DNA of 64,000 nucleotides from Antedon mediterranea (lineage: Eukaryota; Animalia; Echinodermata). The translations under genes and the position numbers were made by a program. The number at the start of each line of letters is the position of its first letter. The first letter of the stretch is position 1. Of this stretch, positions 41,001-53,700 are shown one piece after another. The stretch is taken from the NCBI RefSeq assembly GCF_964355755.1, contig NC_092675.1, positions 11,775,812 through 11,839,811 of the forward strand, in the 5' to 3' direction. Below the pieces are notes generated by a model. The model was not told the DNA's origin. It saw nothing but the letters and a program-made list of their open reading frames with translations, and did no database searches.

Positions 41001-44000
41001 TTGTCAAAATAATGCCTATTTTGAATCTATTATAGCTCTTTAGGATCAAAGGTGATCCCCAATTTTTTTAACTTATTATGCAAGAAGATAAACTGTAGAT
41101 ATGAACTCATGCAGAATTTTTACCTCTCGGATGTTATGACGTCATCGTATGGCCACACGAATGTAAAAAATAGGATTTTTGTCTATTTCGTTATTGCTCA
41201 TCACATTCAACAAAGCGCATCTCGCTCATACGAATTCCATTTCCCCCAAGATTTATTATTGTCTACGTCAATCAATTATCTTTCGCATGAGTTAAAAATA
41301 TTGTAATTGTTATGACGTCATCATGTCTAAAAATGTAAATAACGTGGGTCACTTATTTTAATCTTTACAGTAAATTTTAATCTGTTATAGCTCGTCTGAA
41401 TAAAAAGTGATATTCATGATTAAAACGTTTTCTGGAAGCTATTGGATTGTAGATACGAAATCATGTGAACATTTTGCCAATCAGATGTTGTGACGTCATC
41501 ATATGGCCAATTGAATAAAAAAGTCGTATTTTCACCTCTTGCGTAAAAGTTCATTGCGTTTAAACGAGAACGCATCTCACTTTTACGTGCCCAAAATTCT
41601 TCAAATTTGTATTAATGTAAATAATTAGAAAATTATCTTCTAAAATTGTTATTTTTATATGTCAATTTGATGATGTCATCGTGTTAATAATTGGATTTAA
41701 AAGATGGGTCCCGTAATTCCGTCTATGCTACACTGTCTATAACATATACAGTGTATTCTGTAAATACTGTAATATGATGTATGCTACAAAATAGGTACAA
41801 TTCAGCACTGTAAACATATTTATTTCATGTCAAAGGATGGCATAATAATTGTCGGCGTTTATATATTTTAAACGTATGTGCATGTTGCGTATGCGCGGAT
41901 AACCCGAACTCGTCAAAGTGACGAGTTCAAATCTAGTTTTTTCTTATTTCTTTCTCCCCCATTTTTGTGTCTCACGTATCTCAAAAACTTGTAAACATAA
42001 CATTTCATAACTTTGTCAACATATGGGCATATACGTGAAGTTGTGCACCTCCTATTTTTGAATGACGTCAGAGTTGCGCAACGTGACTTACGCGCGATTT
42101 TATGATTTTTTATGACTGACCATAGATTAAAAACCAAGCGTAATTTTGTTTTGACACTTTGTGAAAATTTAAGTCATATCAAGTGCAAATTTTCTATGGA
42201 TTAAAAATGGCATGTTTTACAAGAAGTTATGCGCGCACGCGCATTTAAAATTTCAAAATCCGCAAAATTAATTTCTAATCAACTTTCTACGCTGATCATG
42301 ACATTTTGAGCATGTCAAAAATTCCCACGCGCGCGTTAAAATTTACGCGTAAGGGGCGCACGGAGTATGAAAACCATGTTTTTTTTCTTGAATTTTGAGT
42401 GTCCAGCCTTTCGTAGTCATTTTAAACAAGATTGACATCATTTCAAGTTAAAATGACGTCATACGTACACGTTGATTTAGACCATTTGCATGCGTTTTAG
42501 TTGCAAAAGTGACAAAATATTGTCAAAATTATGCCTATTTTGAATCTATTATAGCTCATCAGGATCAAAGGTGACCCCAATTTGTTTTAACTTATTATGC
42601 ATGAAGATAAATTGTAGATATAAATTCATGCAGAATTTTTACCTCTCGGAAGTTATGACGTCATCGTATGGCCACACGAATGTAAAATATAGGATTTTTG
42701 TATCTTTCCTCATAGCTCATCACATTTAATAGAGCGCATCTCCAATTATCTGTTTTCCATTTTCACCCCGATTTTTATATTATCTAGGTCAATCAACTAT
42801 CTTTCACTTGAGTTAAACATATTTTAATTTTTATGACGTCATCATGTCTAAAAATTAAAATAACGTGGGTCATTTATTTTCATCCTTACAGTAAATTTCA
42901 ATCTGTCATAGCTCGTCAAAATAAAACGTGATAATCATGATTAAAACGTTTTCTGGAAGCTATTGGATTGTAGATACGAATTCATGTAAACATTTTTCCA
43001 ATCTGATGTTTTGACGTCATCATATGGCCAGTTGAATAAAAAAAGTCGTATTTTCATATTTTACGTAATAGTTCATCACATTAAAAAGGGCGCGCATCTA
43101 TATTTTACGTACTCAAATTTCTTCTACACGTTAATATGTGGTTGCTGAGATAATGTCCTTCCGAAATTGCTATCTTAGTGTTTCATTTTGATACCGCCGC
43201 CATGTTAAAAATAAGAATAAACGTGGGGTCCCGTAATTTCACCTATTCTACACTGTATGTAACACGTATACAGATTATACTGTTTATACTGTATATACTA
43301 TATGACACAAAATTGACAGAATTCGGCACTAACAGCATATGATATTCTTCAGTTCAGGTCATAATGTCATAATCTTTTTCCTTTTGCAAAATTCCAACGT
43401 ATGACGTGCGCGTGGCGTTTGTCGTGCGGATAACTAACTCGTCAAAGTGACGAGTTACATTTCTAGTTCTTTCTTTCTGTCAATTTTGTGTCTCGCGTAA
43501 CTCAAAAACGTGTAAACATAACATTTTATAACTTTGTCAACATGTGGGTATTCACGTGAAATTGTGCACCTCCTATTGTGAATGACGTCAGAGTTGCACA
43601 ACATAACTTACGCGCGTTTTTATGAATTTCGCGTATTTAACATAGATCAGAAACAATATAACAATTGAAATTAAAACTTAGCAAAAGTTTAAGTTATATC
43701 TTGCGCTAACTGATTGTGAGAAAAAAATGGCATGTTTCACACGAAGTTACGCGCGCACGCGCGTTTAAAATTTCAAAATGCGAAATTTCAATTTCTAATC
43801 AACTTTCTACGCGTTTCATGTCATTTTGAGCATGTAAAAAATTCCCACGCGCGCGCGATTTTTTACGTGATTTATGTTTTTCCAGCCTTGTCTAGTAATT
43901 TTACCAACTTTTTAATATTTTCGACTTCAAATTACGTCATACGGGCACGTCGAATTGGATAATTTACGTGCGTTTTTGATGAAAAATGTCAAAAATTCGT

Positions 44001-46388
44001 CAAATTTAGTCAAAATTATACCTTTTTTTAAACACTTATAGTTTCTAAACTAAACGGTGAAAGTTATTTTTATTGCATATTCTGGAAGTTGATGAGTTAT
44101 AGATATCAGATCATGCATTAATATGGCTAACCGGACATTGTAACGTCATCATATGGCCACCCAAATATAAAATATAGGATTTTTATTTCTTTCGTCATAT
44201 TACATCACATTTAATAGAGCGCATCTCCACTTATCCGTTATCCATTTTCACCCCGATTTTGAAATTTTCTAGGTCAATCAACTATCTTTCGCATGAGTTA
44301 AAAATAATTTAATTTTTATGACGTCATCATGTCTGAAAATGTAAATAACGTGGGTCACTTATTTTCACCTTTACAGTAAATTTCAATCTGTTATAGCGCG
44401 TCAGAATAAAAAGTGATAATCATGGTTAAAACGTTTACTGGCAGCTATTGGATTGTAGATACGAATTTATGTTAACTTTTTGCCAATCAGATGTTTTAAC
44501 GCCATCATATGGGCAGTTGAATATAAAAAGTCGTATTTTCATAATTTCCGTCATAGTTCATCACATTTAAAAGAGCGCGCATCTATATTTTACGTATTCA
44601 AATTTCTTCTACACGGTAATATGTTGTTGCTGAGATAATTTCCTTCCGAAATTACTATCTTAGTTTTTCATTTTGATACCGTCGCCATGTAAAAAATTGG
44701 AATAAATGGCGGGTCCCGTAATTTCACCTATTCTACACTGTATGTAACATGTATGCAGACTATACGGTTTATACTGTATATACTATATGACACAAAATTG
44801 ACAGAATTCAGCAGCACTAAAGAACATATCATATTCTTCAGTTCAGGTCATAATGCCATATTTTTCTCTGTGCAAAAAATCTAACGTATGACGTGCACGC
44901 AGCGTTTGTGGTGCGGATAACTAACTCGTCAAAGTGACGTTTGGAAAAGCCATTGGAAAAGTCACAACTGAAAAGTACTTGAATGCGCAAGATATGTTTT
45001 GTTGCGGGCGGATAACCAAACTCGTCCTCAAGTGACGAGTTTAGATCTAGTTAGTTATCCGCAACGAAGTTGCAGGATAACTCCTTGTGATTGTACGAAA
45101 TCATCATCATCTTTTTTTTCTTTATCTTCTTTCTTTCTGTAAATTTTGTGTCACCCGTATCTGTAAAACTTGCAAAAATAACATTTCGTAACTTTCTCAA
45201 CATATCTTCATTGATATGAAGTTGTGCAGCGAACCTTTTCAGGATGTTTACAATTGCGCAACGTGACTTACGCGCGATTTAACGATTTTCTCGTATTTAA
45301 CATAAGTCAAAAACCAAATAACATTTTAAATTGAAACTTTTCAAAAGTTTAATTTATATCATGCGCTAACTTTCTGTTGAAAAAAAATTGTGTGTTTTAC
45401 ACAAAGTTACGCGCGCACGCGCATTTAAAATTTCAAAATGCGCAAAATTAATTTATAATCAACTTTCTACGCGTTTCATGTCATTTTAAGCATGTCAAAA
45501 ATTCCCACGCGTGCGCAAATTTTTACGTGTGCGGTGCGCACGTAGCGTTGAAAACATAATTTTTTTGCGTGATTTATGTTTTTCCAGCCTTTTCTAGTAA
45601 TTTTACCAACTTTTAAACAATTTCGACTTAAAGTTACGTCATACGAGCACGTCGAATTGGACAATTTGCGCGCGTTTTTGATGAAAAAGTTCAAAAATTC
45701 GTCAAAATTATGCCTTTTTTTAAACAGTCGTAATTTCTAAACTGCACGGTCAACTTTTTGTGGATGACATTTTCTGGATGTTGATGAGTTGTAGATATCG
45801 GATCATGTATTAATATGGCTAACCGGACATTGTGACGTCATCGTGTGGCCACGCGAATATACAATTTAGGATTTTTGTATCTTTCTTCAAAGCTCATCAC
45901 ATTTAATAGAGCGCTTCTCCACTTATTTGTTTTCCATTTTCACCCTGATTTTAATATTGTGTAGGTCAATCAACTATCTTTCGCATGAATTAAATTTTTT
46001 TTTATTTTTGTCACGTCATCATGCCTAAAAATTTAAATTACGTGTGGCATTAATTTCATCTTTACAGTAAATTTTAATCTGTTATAGCTCGTAAGAATAA
46101 AATCTGATAATCACGATTAAAACGTTTTCTAGAAGCTATTTGATTGCAGATAGGAAATCATGTGAAAATTTTGCCAATCGGATGTTGTGACGTCATCATA
46201 TGGCCAGTTAAATAAAAAAAGTCGTATTTTCATCTTTTGCGTCATAATTCATTACATTTAAAAGAGCGCGCATCAATATTTTACGTATTTTAATTTCTTC
46301 TACACATTAATATGTTGTTGCCGAGATAATTTCCTTCCGAAATTGCTACCTTAGTGTTTCATTTTGATACCGTCTCCATGTTAAAAAT

Positions 46389-48725
46389 GGATATTGCTAA
46401 ACACCGCAAACCCCGCAAACCCCCGCAAACCTCCAAAAAAACATAGCAAACCCCATCGAACCAACATAAAAGTGATTGAATCATGTAGTGTACAACCCAC
46501 TGGGTATATCAATGTAAAAAAAAAATTAAATTTCTACTGTTAACAACTTATTTTTGGGGTAAAACATCATTTTTTGGTCAAAAATGATTGGTAAACCCCG
46601 CAAACCTCCAAAAAACCATAGCAAACCCCACCGAACCAACATAAAAGTGATTGAATAATGTAGTGTACAACCCACTGGGTATATAAATTATTAAATTTCT
46701 ACTGTTAACTACTTATTTTTGGGGATAAAACATAATTTTTTGGTTAAAAATTAGCAATCATTTTTGACCAAAAAATGATGTTTTACCCCAAAAATAAGTA
46801 GTTAACGGTATAAATTTAATATTTTTTTTACATGGATATACCCAGTGGGTTGTACACTACATGATTCAATCACTTTTATGTTGGTTCGATGGGGTTTGCT
46901 ATATTTGGTTATCCGCAACGAAGTTGCAGGATAACCTCTTGTGATTGTACGAAATCATCATCAACATCAACTTTTTATTTCTCTTCTTTCTTTCTGTATG
47001 ATTTTTGTGGAACGCTTTTCTCGAAAACTTGCAAACATAACATTTTGTAACTTTCTCAACATATCGTCATGCACATGAAGATGTGCAGCGAAGCTTTTCA
47101 TGATATTTACAATTGCGCAACGTGACCTACGCGCGATTTAACGATTTTGTCGTATTTAACATAGCTCGACAACCAAATAACATTTCAACTTGAAACTTTT
47201 CAAAAGTTTAATTTATATCATGCGCTAACTTTCTGTTGAAAAAAAATTGCGTGTTTTACACAAAGTTACGCGCGCACGCGCATATAAAATTTCAAAATGC
47301 GCAAAATTAATTTATAATCAACTTTCTACGCGTTTCATGTCGTTTTAAGCATGTCAAAAATTCCCACGCGTGCGCACATTTTTACGTGTGCGGTGCGCAC
47401 GTAGCATTGAAAACGTATTTTTTTCGCGTGATTTATGTTGTTCCAGCTTTTTCAAGTAATTTTACCAAATTTTAAACAATTTCGACTTAAAGATACGTCA
47501 TACGAGCACGTCGAATTGGACAATTGGCGCGCGTTTTTTATGAAAAGGTTAAAAAATTCGTTTAAAATATGCCTTTTTTTAAACAGTTGTAATTTCTAAA
47601 CTAGACGGTCAACTTTTTGTGGATGGCGTATTCTGGAAGTAGATGAGTTGTAGATATCGAATCAGGTAGTAATATGGCTAACTGGACATTGTGACGTCAT
47701 CGTATGGCCACACGAATATAAAATTTAGGATTTTTGTATCTTTCGTCATAGCTCATCACATTGAATAGAGCGCATCTCCACTTATCCGTTTTCCATTTTC
47801 ACCCCGATTTTGATATTGTCTAGGTCAATCAAGTATCTTTCGCATGAGTTAAAAATATTTTAATTTTTTTGACGTCATCATGCCTAAAAATTTAAATCAC
47901 GTGTGGCATTAATTTCATCTTTACAGTAAATTTTAATCTGTTATAGCTCGTAAGAATAAAATGTGATAATCACGATTAAAACTTTTTCTGGAAGCTATTG
48001 GATTGTAGATACGAAATTATGTAAAAATGTTGCCAATCGGATGTTGTGACGTCATCATATGGCTAGTTAAACAAAAAAGGTCGTATTTTCATCTTTTGCG
48101 TCATAATTCATTACATTTAAAAGAGTGCGCATCAATATTTCACGTATTCAAATTTCTTCTACACGCTAATACGTTGTTGCTGAGATAATTTCCTTTCGGA
48201 ATTGCTACCTTCGCGTTTCATTTTAAAACCGTCAACATGTTAAAAATTGCAATAAATAGCGGGTCCCGTAATTTCACCTATTCTACACTGTATGTGATAT
48301 GGATACAGATACTGTGTATACTATATATGAATTTAAATAATAAAATTCAGCAATAACAACATATCATATTCTTCAGTTCAGGTCATAATGCCAACGTGAA
48401 CACTTCCTTTTGTCCTCAACCTATCCTCTTAATGTTTATGTTGCACCACTTGCGCGGCGGATAACCAAACTCGTCAAAGTGACGAGTTACATGTCTAGTT
48501 TTTTTTAGGTTTGCAGGGTTTAGCAATCATTTTTGACCAAAAAATGATGTTTTACCCCAAAAATAATTAGTTAACAGTAAAAATGTATTATTTTTTTTAC
48601 ATGGATATACCCAGTGGGTTGTACACTACATGATTCAATCACTTTTATGTTGGTTCGATGGGGTTTGCTATGTTTTTTTGGAGGTTTGCGGGGGTTTGCG
48701 GGGTTTGCGGTGTTTAGCAATACCC
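46389..48725. mobile_element. foldback-type Mutator-like (MULE) non-autonomous element with a 9-bp TSD, itself interrupted by a HINE
   Basis: gttaaaaat|GGATATTGCTAAACACCGCAAACCCCGC ... GCGGGGTTTGCGGTGTTTAGCAATACCC|gttaaaaat; interior made of two direct and two inverted ~170-bp units. Confidence 0.85.
46905..48498 (+). mobile_element. intact HINE (TTGGTTATCCGC/GCGGATAACCAA subfamily) inserted in the MULE
   Basis: Near-identical to 60299-61895 and to the body at 29784-31308; inserted in a T-run. Confidence 0.88.
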
Positions 48726-50665
48726 GTTAAAAATTGAAATAAATGGCGGGTCCCGTAATTTCACCTATTCTACACTGTATATAATATATATACAGATTAT
48801 ACTGTTTTTACTATATACTATATGACACAAAATTGACAGAATTCAGCACTAACAACTATTATCATGTTCATCAGTTCAGGTCATAATGCCATAATCTTTT
48901 TCTGTGTGGAATATTCCAACGTATGACGTGCACGTGGCGTTTGTCGTGCGGATAACTAACTCGTCAAAGTGACGAGTTACATGTCTATTCTTTATCTTCT
49001 TTCTTTCTGTAAATTTTGTGTCACCCGTATCTGTAAAACTTGCAAACATAACATTTCGTAACTTTCTCAACATATCTTCATTCATATGAAGTTGTGCAGC
49101 GAACCTTTTCAGGATGTTTACAATTGCGCAACGTGACTTACGCGCGATTTAACGATTTTCTCGTATTTAACATAGGTCAAAAACCAAATAACATTTTAAA
49201 TTGAAACTTTTCAAAAGTTTAATTTATATCATGTGCTAACTTTCTGTTGAAAAAAAATTGCGTGTTTTACACAAAGTTACGCGCGCACGCGCATTTAAAA
49301 TTTCAAAATGCGCAAAATTAATTTATAATCAACTTTCTACGCGTTTCATGTCATTTTAAGCATGTCAAAAATTCCCACGCGTGTGCAAATTTTAACGTGT
49401 GCGGTGCGCACGTAGCGTTGAAAACATAATTCTTTCGCGTGATTTATGTTTTTCCAGCCTTTTCTAGTAATTTTACCAACTTTTAAACAATTTCGACTTA
49501 AAGTTACGTCATACGAGCACGTCGAATTGGACAATTTGCGCGCGTTTTTGATGAAAAAGTTCAAAAATTCGTCAAAATTATGCCTTTTTTTAAACAGTCG
49601 TAATTTCTAAACTGCACGGTCAACTTTTTGTGGATGACATTTTCTGGAAGTTGATGAGTTGTAGATATCAGATCATGTATTAATATGGCTAACCGGACAT
49701 TGTGACGTCATCGTGTGGCCACGCGAATATACAATTTAGGATTTTTGTATCTTTCTTCATAGCTCATCACATTTAATAGAGCGCTTCTTCACTTATTCGT
49801 TTTCCCGATTTTAATATTGTGTAGGTCAATCAACTATCTTTCGCATGAATTAAATTTTTTTTAATTTTTGTCACGTCATTATGCCTAAAAATTTAAATTA
49901 CGTGTGGCATTAATTTCATCTTTACAGTAAATTTTAATCTGTTATAGCTCGTAAGAATAAAATGTGATAATCACGATTAAAACGTTTTCTAGAAGCTATT
50001 TGATTGCAGATAGGAAATCATGTGAAAATTTTGCCAATCGGATGTTTTGACGTCATCATATGGCCAGTTAAATAAAAAAAGTCGTATTTTCATCTTTTGC
50101 GTCATAATTCATTACATTTAAAAGAGCGCGCATCAATATTTTACGTATTTTAATTTCTTCTACACATTAATAGGTTGTTGCCGAGATAATTTCCTTCCGA
50201 AATTGCTACCTTAGTGTTTCATTTTGATACCGTCTCCATGTTAAAAATTGAAATAAATGGCGGGTCCCGTAATTTCACCTATTCTACACTGTATATAATA
50301 TATATACAGATTATACTGTTTGTACTATATACTATATGACTCAAAATTGACAGAATTCAGCACTAACAACTATTATCATATTCATCAGTTCAGGTCATAA
50401 TGCCATAATCTTTTTCTGTGTGGAATATTCCAACGTATGACGTGCACGTGGCGTTTGTCGTGCGGATAACTAACTCGTCAAAGTGACGAGTTACATGTCT
50501 AGTTCGTTGTAGTATTGAGCTGGGTTTTGGCATGAACATACTACAGGGACATGTCCTCAAAGCTATAGAGCCGGATTTTTAATTTTTTGTTAATTAATTT
50601 GTTTAATTAAGGAGCCACAATGTGTGACACACACCACAGCGTTATGTAGTTATATGGTTATATGC

Positions 50666-50738
50666 GGATTCTTGGCGTAGTGGTTATCACGTTTGCTTAA
50701 CACGCAGAAGGTACCTGGTTCGAGCCCGGACGAAACCT
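50666..50738 (+). pseudogene. degenerate tRNA-Val(AAC)-like sequence
   Basis: TGGCGTAGTGGTTATCACG-TTTGC ttAACac GCAGA-AGGT-GGTTCGAGCC-CGAAACC followed by a T-run; two acceptor-stem mismatches and one T-stem mismatch. Confidence 0.75.
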
Positions 50739-53700
50739 TTTTTTTTAACTTTATGGTGAAAAGTACTGTATACGCAATATGATAATTATACACAGTATAT
50801 CTTATTTTTATTATTTTTTTAAATACTTATTTTGTGTAATCGGTAATTATCACTTTTACACATGTTTATTTTTCTTTGTGCTTATTACCATATTTATCAT
50901 GCTAATTACTTTCTTATTTACATACAACCTGTCCTATTGGAATATAAGTATACTTTAGGCGTTGTTTTCTGTTCTTCTGATGACAAGAATAGTTTCTCGA
51001 AACATGTCACATTTTAAGGCAGTTTGCCTATTCATTAAGTGAATACTCATTTTAACAATGAAAAAATAGTCTCCTTCGTATTAAGATAAATACGGTTAAA
51101 TAAATAACCATAGTCCGTGAACAAAGGTGAAATAAACTGTTGTCAAATCACATCTTTGTTTTGTTTCGTTGGATAGCTTTTTAAATTCTGAATCTATTTT
51201 ATTTTTAGTAGTTTACATTTCTGTTTTTCGTAAAAAGAAAATAATGCTACGGGGAATGGTATCATTTGCGTAGCGTTCAAAATCATTTGTATTTTTGTCA
51301 AAGCGGGTACCAAACAATTTAAAGCCATCTGTGCACAATGCCAATGTTAATTGGCATGCCTTTCTCTTTCTCTTTGAACGTCAGATTAAGTGCAGCAAAC
51401 AGAATGTTTATACAGTGAAAAAATCTTAAGAATTAAGAAAAAAAAACAAGATCAATTAGTTTTCCTTAAAGAAAGTTTACACGAAATAAAGAAAAGTCAG
51501 TGTCATACTGCTGCCTTTACAAAATACCAATCGATATTGTAAATAAACGAATTGGTGTTTTTAACGTCTAAAAGATCCCTTTGATTTTTACGTATGGTTT
51601 GTGATTATCGCAATATAAATCCTAACTATACGTTGTTATTAAAAGTCACATAGAATAATTAATCAAACTGTACTTGTTTGTGGTAACTTACCTTTAAGAA
51701 CTTATCAGAAAGAAGGGAAACAAAATCCGCTTTCCAGCAATAATATTCAAATTAGTTTGAGAAAAACGAAATCTTTTAAAGGGGGGTTCCGGGTTTAAAA
51801 TGAATAGTAAAAAATGTAAAATATATTTGTTTGTCTCTTGAACGGTAAAAGTTTCAATTTATATAAGCGCCCAGTGAAGCAGAACGAAGGCTGTGAAATA
51901 AGGCCAGATTAAAATAAATATATATATTTTTAGTAATAATAATGATAATATATTCGCTTAAAACTTGAAAATATTAATAATACTGATAATAAATAGATAA
52001 TTAACTCCATCATATAGGTTAAGTATTGTTCGATATGTAAGATTACCTTGTTTTTACTAATTTCATTTTACTTGTATAATTCGCTTCTTAGTTAAGACTT
52101 AAATGTTATTTTTTGATACTTTTCTTTTTGTTTTTACATTGCCTTGTAAATGAACGTCTTGTCTTATAAACGTGTGCCGCTGATACAAAAGCGTTTGTTC
52201 AATAAATTTATCTATCTATCTACAAGCGCAGCTACGGCGATATGACACTGTGTTACAGAATAGGAAATTCGTGAAATGGTCAATCTTCCGACGATCCGTT
52301 ATCATTAACCATATCAATTACTTTTGTAAAATTATACTTATCTGATGTAATTTTAGTCGGTCTTCCCATTTATAAAGTCAATGTTCTATGAAAATTCATC
52401 AAAACAGTGAAAAATTAGATATGTTTGCACTTTACGTTTGCCGATTTTCGCACTGACTTGGGGAAAGCCTTCAAAATCAATGAAGCGTAACGTATACATT
52501 CCTGCTGAGCGAGGAGAGCGAGACGACGATACACGTGCTCTCTACCTGCCCATGCCTGGCATCGTCACGTGATAAGCAGATACAGTATACAATACCAAAC
52601 TGGTCGGGTCGAGAGTATACCCCGTCTATAATTACAACATGAACGATGTACAGTATTTGATTGAAGGTCGACTCGATCTACCGGAATGGTATAGATAATA
52701 TAGCTCGAATGAGAGAGTTGGAATATTTGTAAACATAAGTATTGTTAATTTTAAGAAGTGTAGCCTAGTAAAAAAAGGCCTGGTAGTATCAATTCGCATA
52801 GGGTCTACTACTACACTAGCTAGCTCAATTTTTAACTGGGCCGGATCGGCTAGGTCTCCTTCCTACTACCTGGTCTACTTGCTTGATGCAGTAGTAATTA
52901 TCCGCTTTTTTGGAGAGTAACTAGGCCTAGGGCCTAGAGGGCCTAGGCCTATTAGACGACCGGGACACCATACGTGCGGACGGCGAACGGCGATATTTAC
53001 AGCCGATTTTGTAGAATGTTTTAGGTTTAGATTGTTTAGGAGTTTGGTTTATAGGATGGGTTCGGAATCCACTGAGTTTTGTTATTATGGGCCAATCATT
53101 TAGTACAGGTAGTAGGCTAGCTAGGCCCATGATGGGCCCCAATGTTTTAACGTTTTAATCCCTAGTCAGAATGGCTCCCAGTCTCACCCAAGAACAAAAA
53201 ACTATTTAGGCTAGGCCTAGCCTAGTACTGTAGTACTTGAAGCCGATAATACGATCTGTACTATTCGAGGTATAAAAATAGTATATAATTTATGACTCCG
53301 TAATCTGTACTAAATTTTGTATTTCATTAAATGTCAAATAAATATATGCTACTACTACTGTTATTATTACACTTTACGCCTAGCTTACAAAATTTATTTC
53401 ACAATGATCGGGTGGTCGTCGTTTAACAGGGGAGATAGATGTAAATTTAGTTGACAAACACAACGTACATGACGAGTTTGGAATCCACTGATGACGTGAT
53501 TTTGTGAATATCTCATGAATATTAATGAGCTTCCCTAAGCTGCTGAAAAACAGACTTTCCATGAATTTGCCCTAAAATGTATATGAAATTTTATTTTTTT
53601 AATTTCTCGTTATTATTTCTTCATTCTGACATGTCTATATTGTTAAAATATTTTTTATTTTACATTTAAAAACAATTTAATAATTGGAAAATTATGACAA

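Larger units (their letters stand above)
11643..50502 (+). mobile_element. nested pile of about 20-25 non-autonomous Helentron/Helitron2 (HINE-like) elements, 1.1-1.8 kb each, several subfamilies, all in one orientation
   Basis: 5' head TT(A/G)GTTATCCGC-loop-GC(A)GGATAAC followed by a T-tract; 3' end GCGGATAAC(T/C)-ACTCGTCAAAGTGACGAGT hairpin-CTAG. 3' ends at about 13545, 15291, 16953, 18465, 19880, 21036, 23192, 25160, 26665, 28198, 29783, 31308, 32954, 34499, 41936, 43466, 45050, 48498, 48987 and 50502. No TSDs and no RepHel ORF. Confidence 0.9.

Noticed and set aside
45120-50502. Apparent tandem duplication of one HINE body
   Set aside because: Better explained as nesting: 48988-50502 is the body of the same-subfamily head at 34500.
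11643-50502. Satellite DNA or assembly collapse artefact
   Set aside because: Units belong to distinct subfamilies with many differences and precise, parseable junctions; long-read confirmation is still advisable.
50666-50738. Functional tRNA-Val gene
   Set aside because: Acceptor and T stems have mismatches; retained only as a pseudogene.
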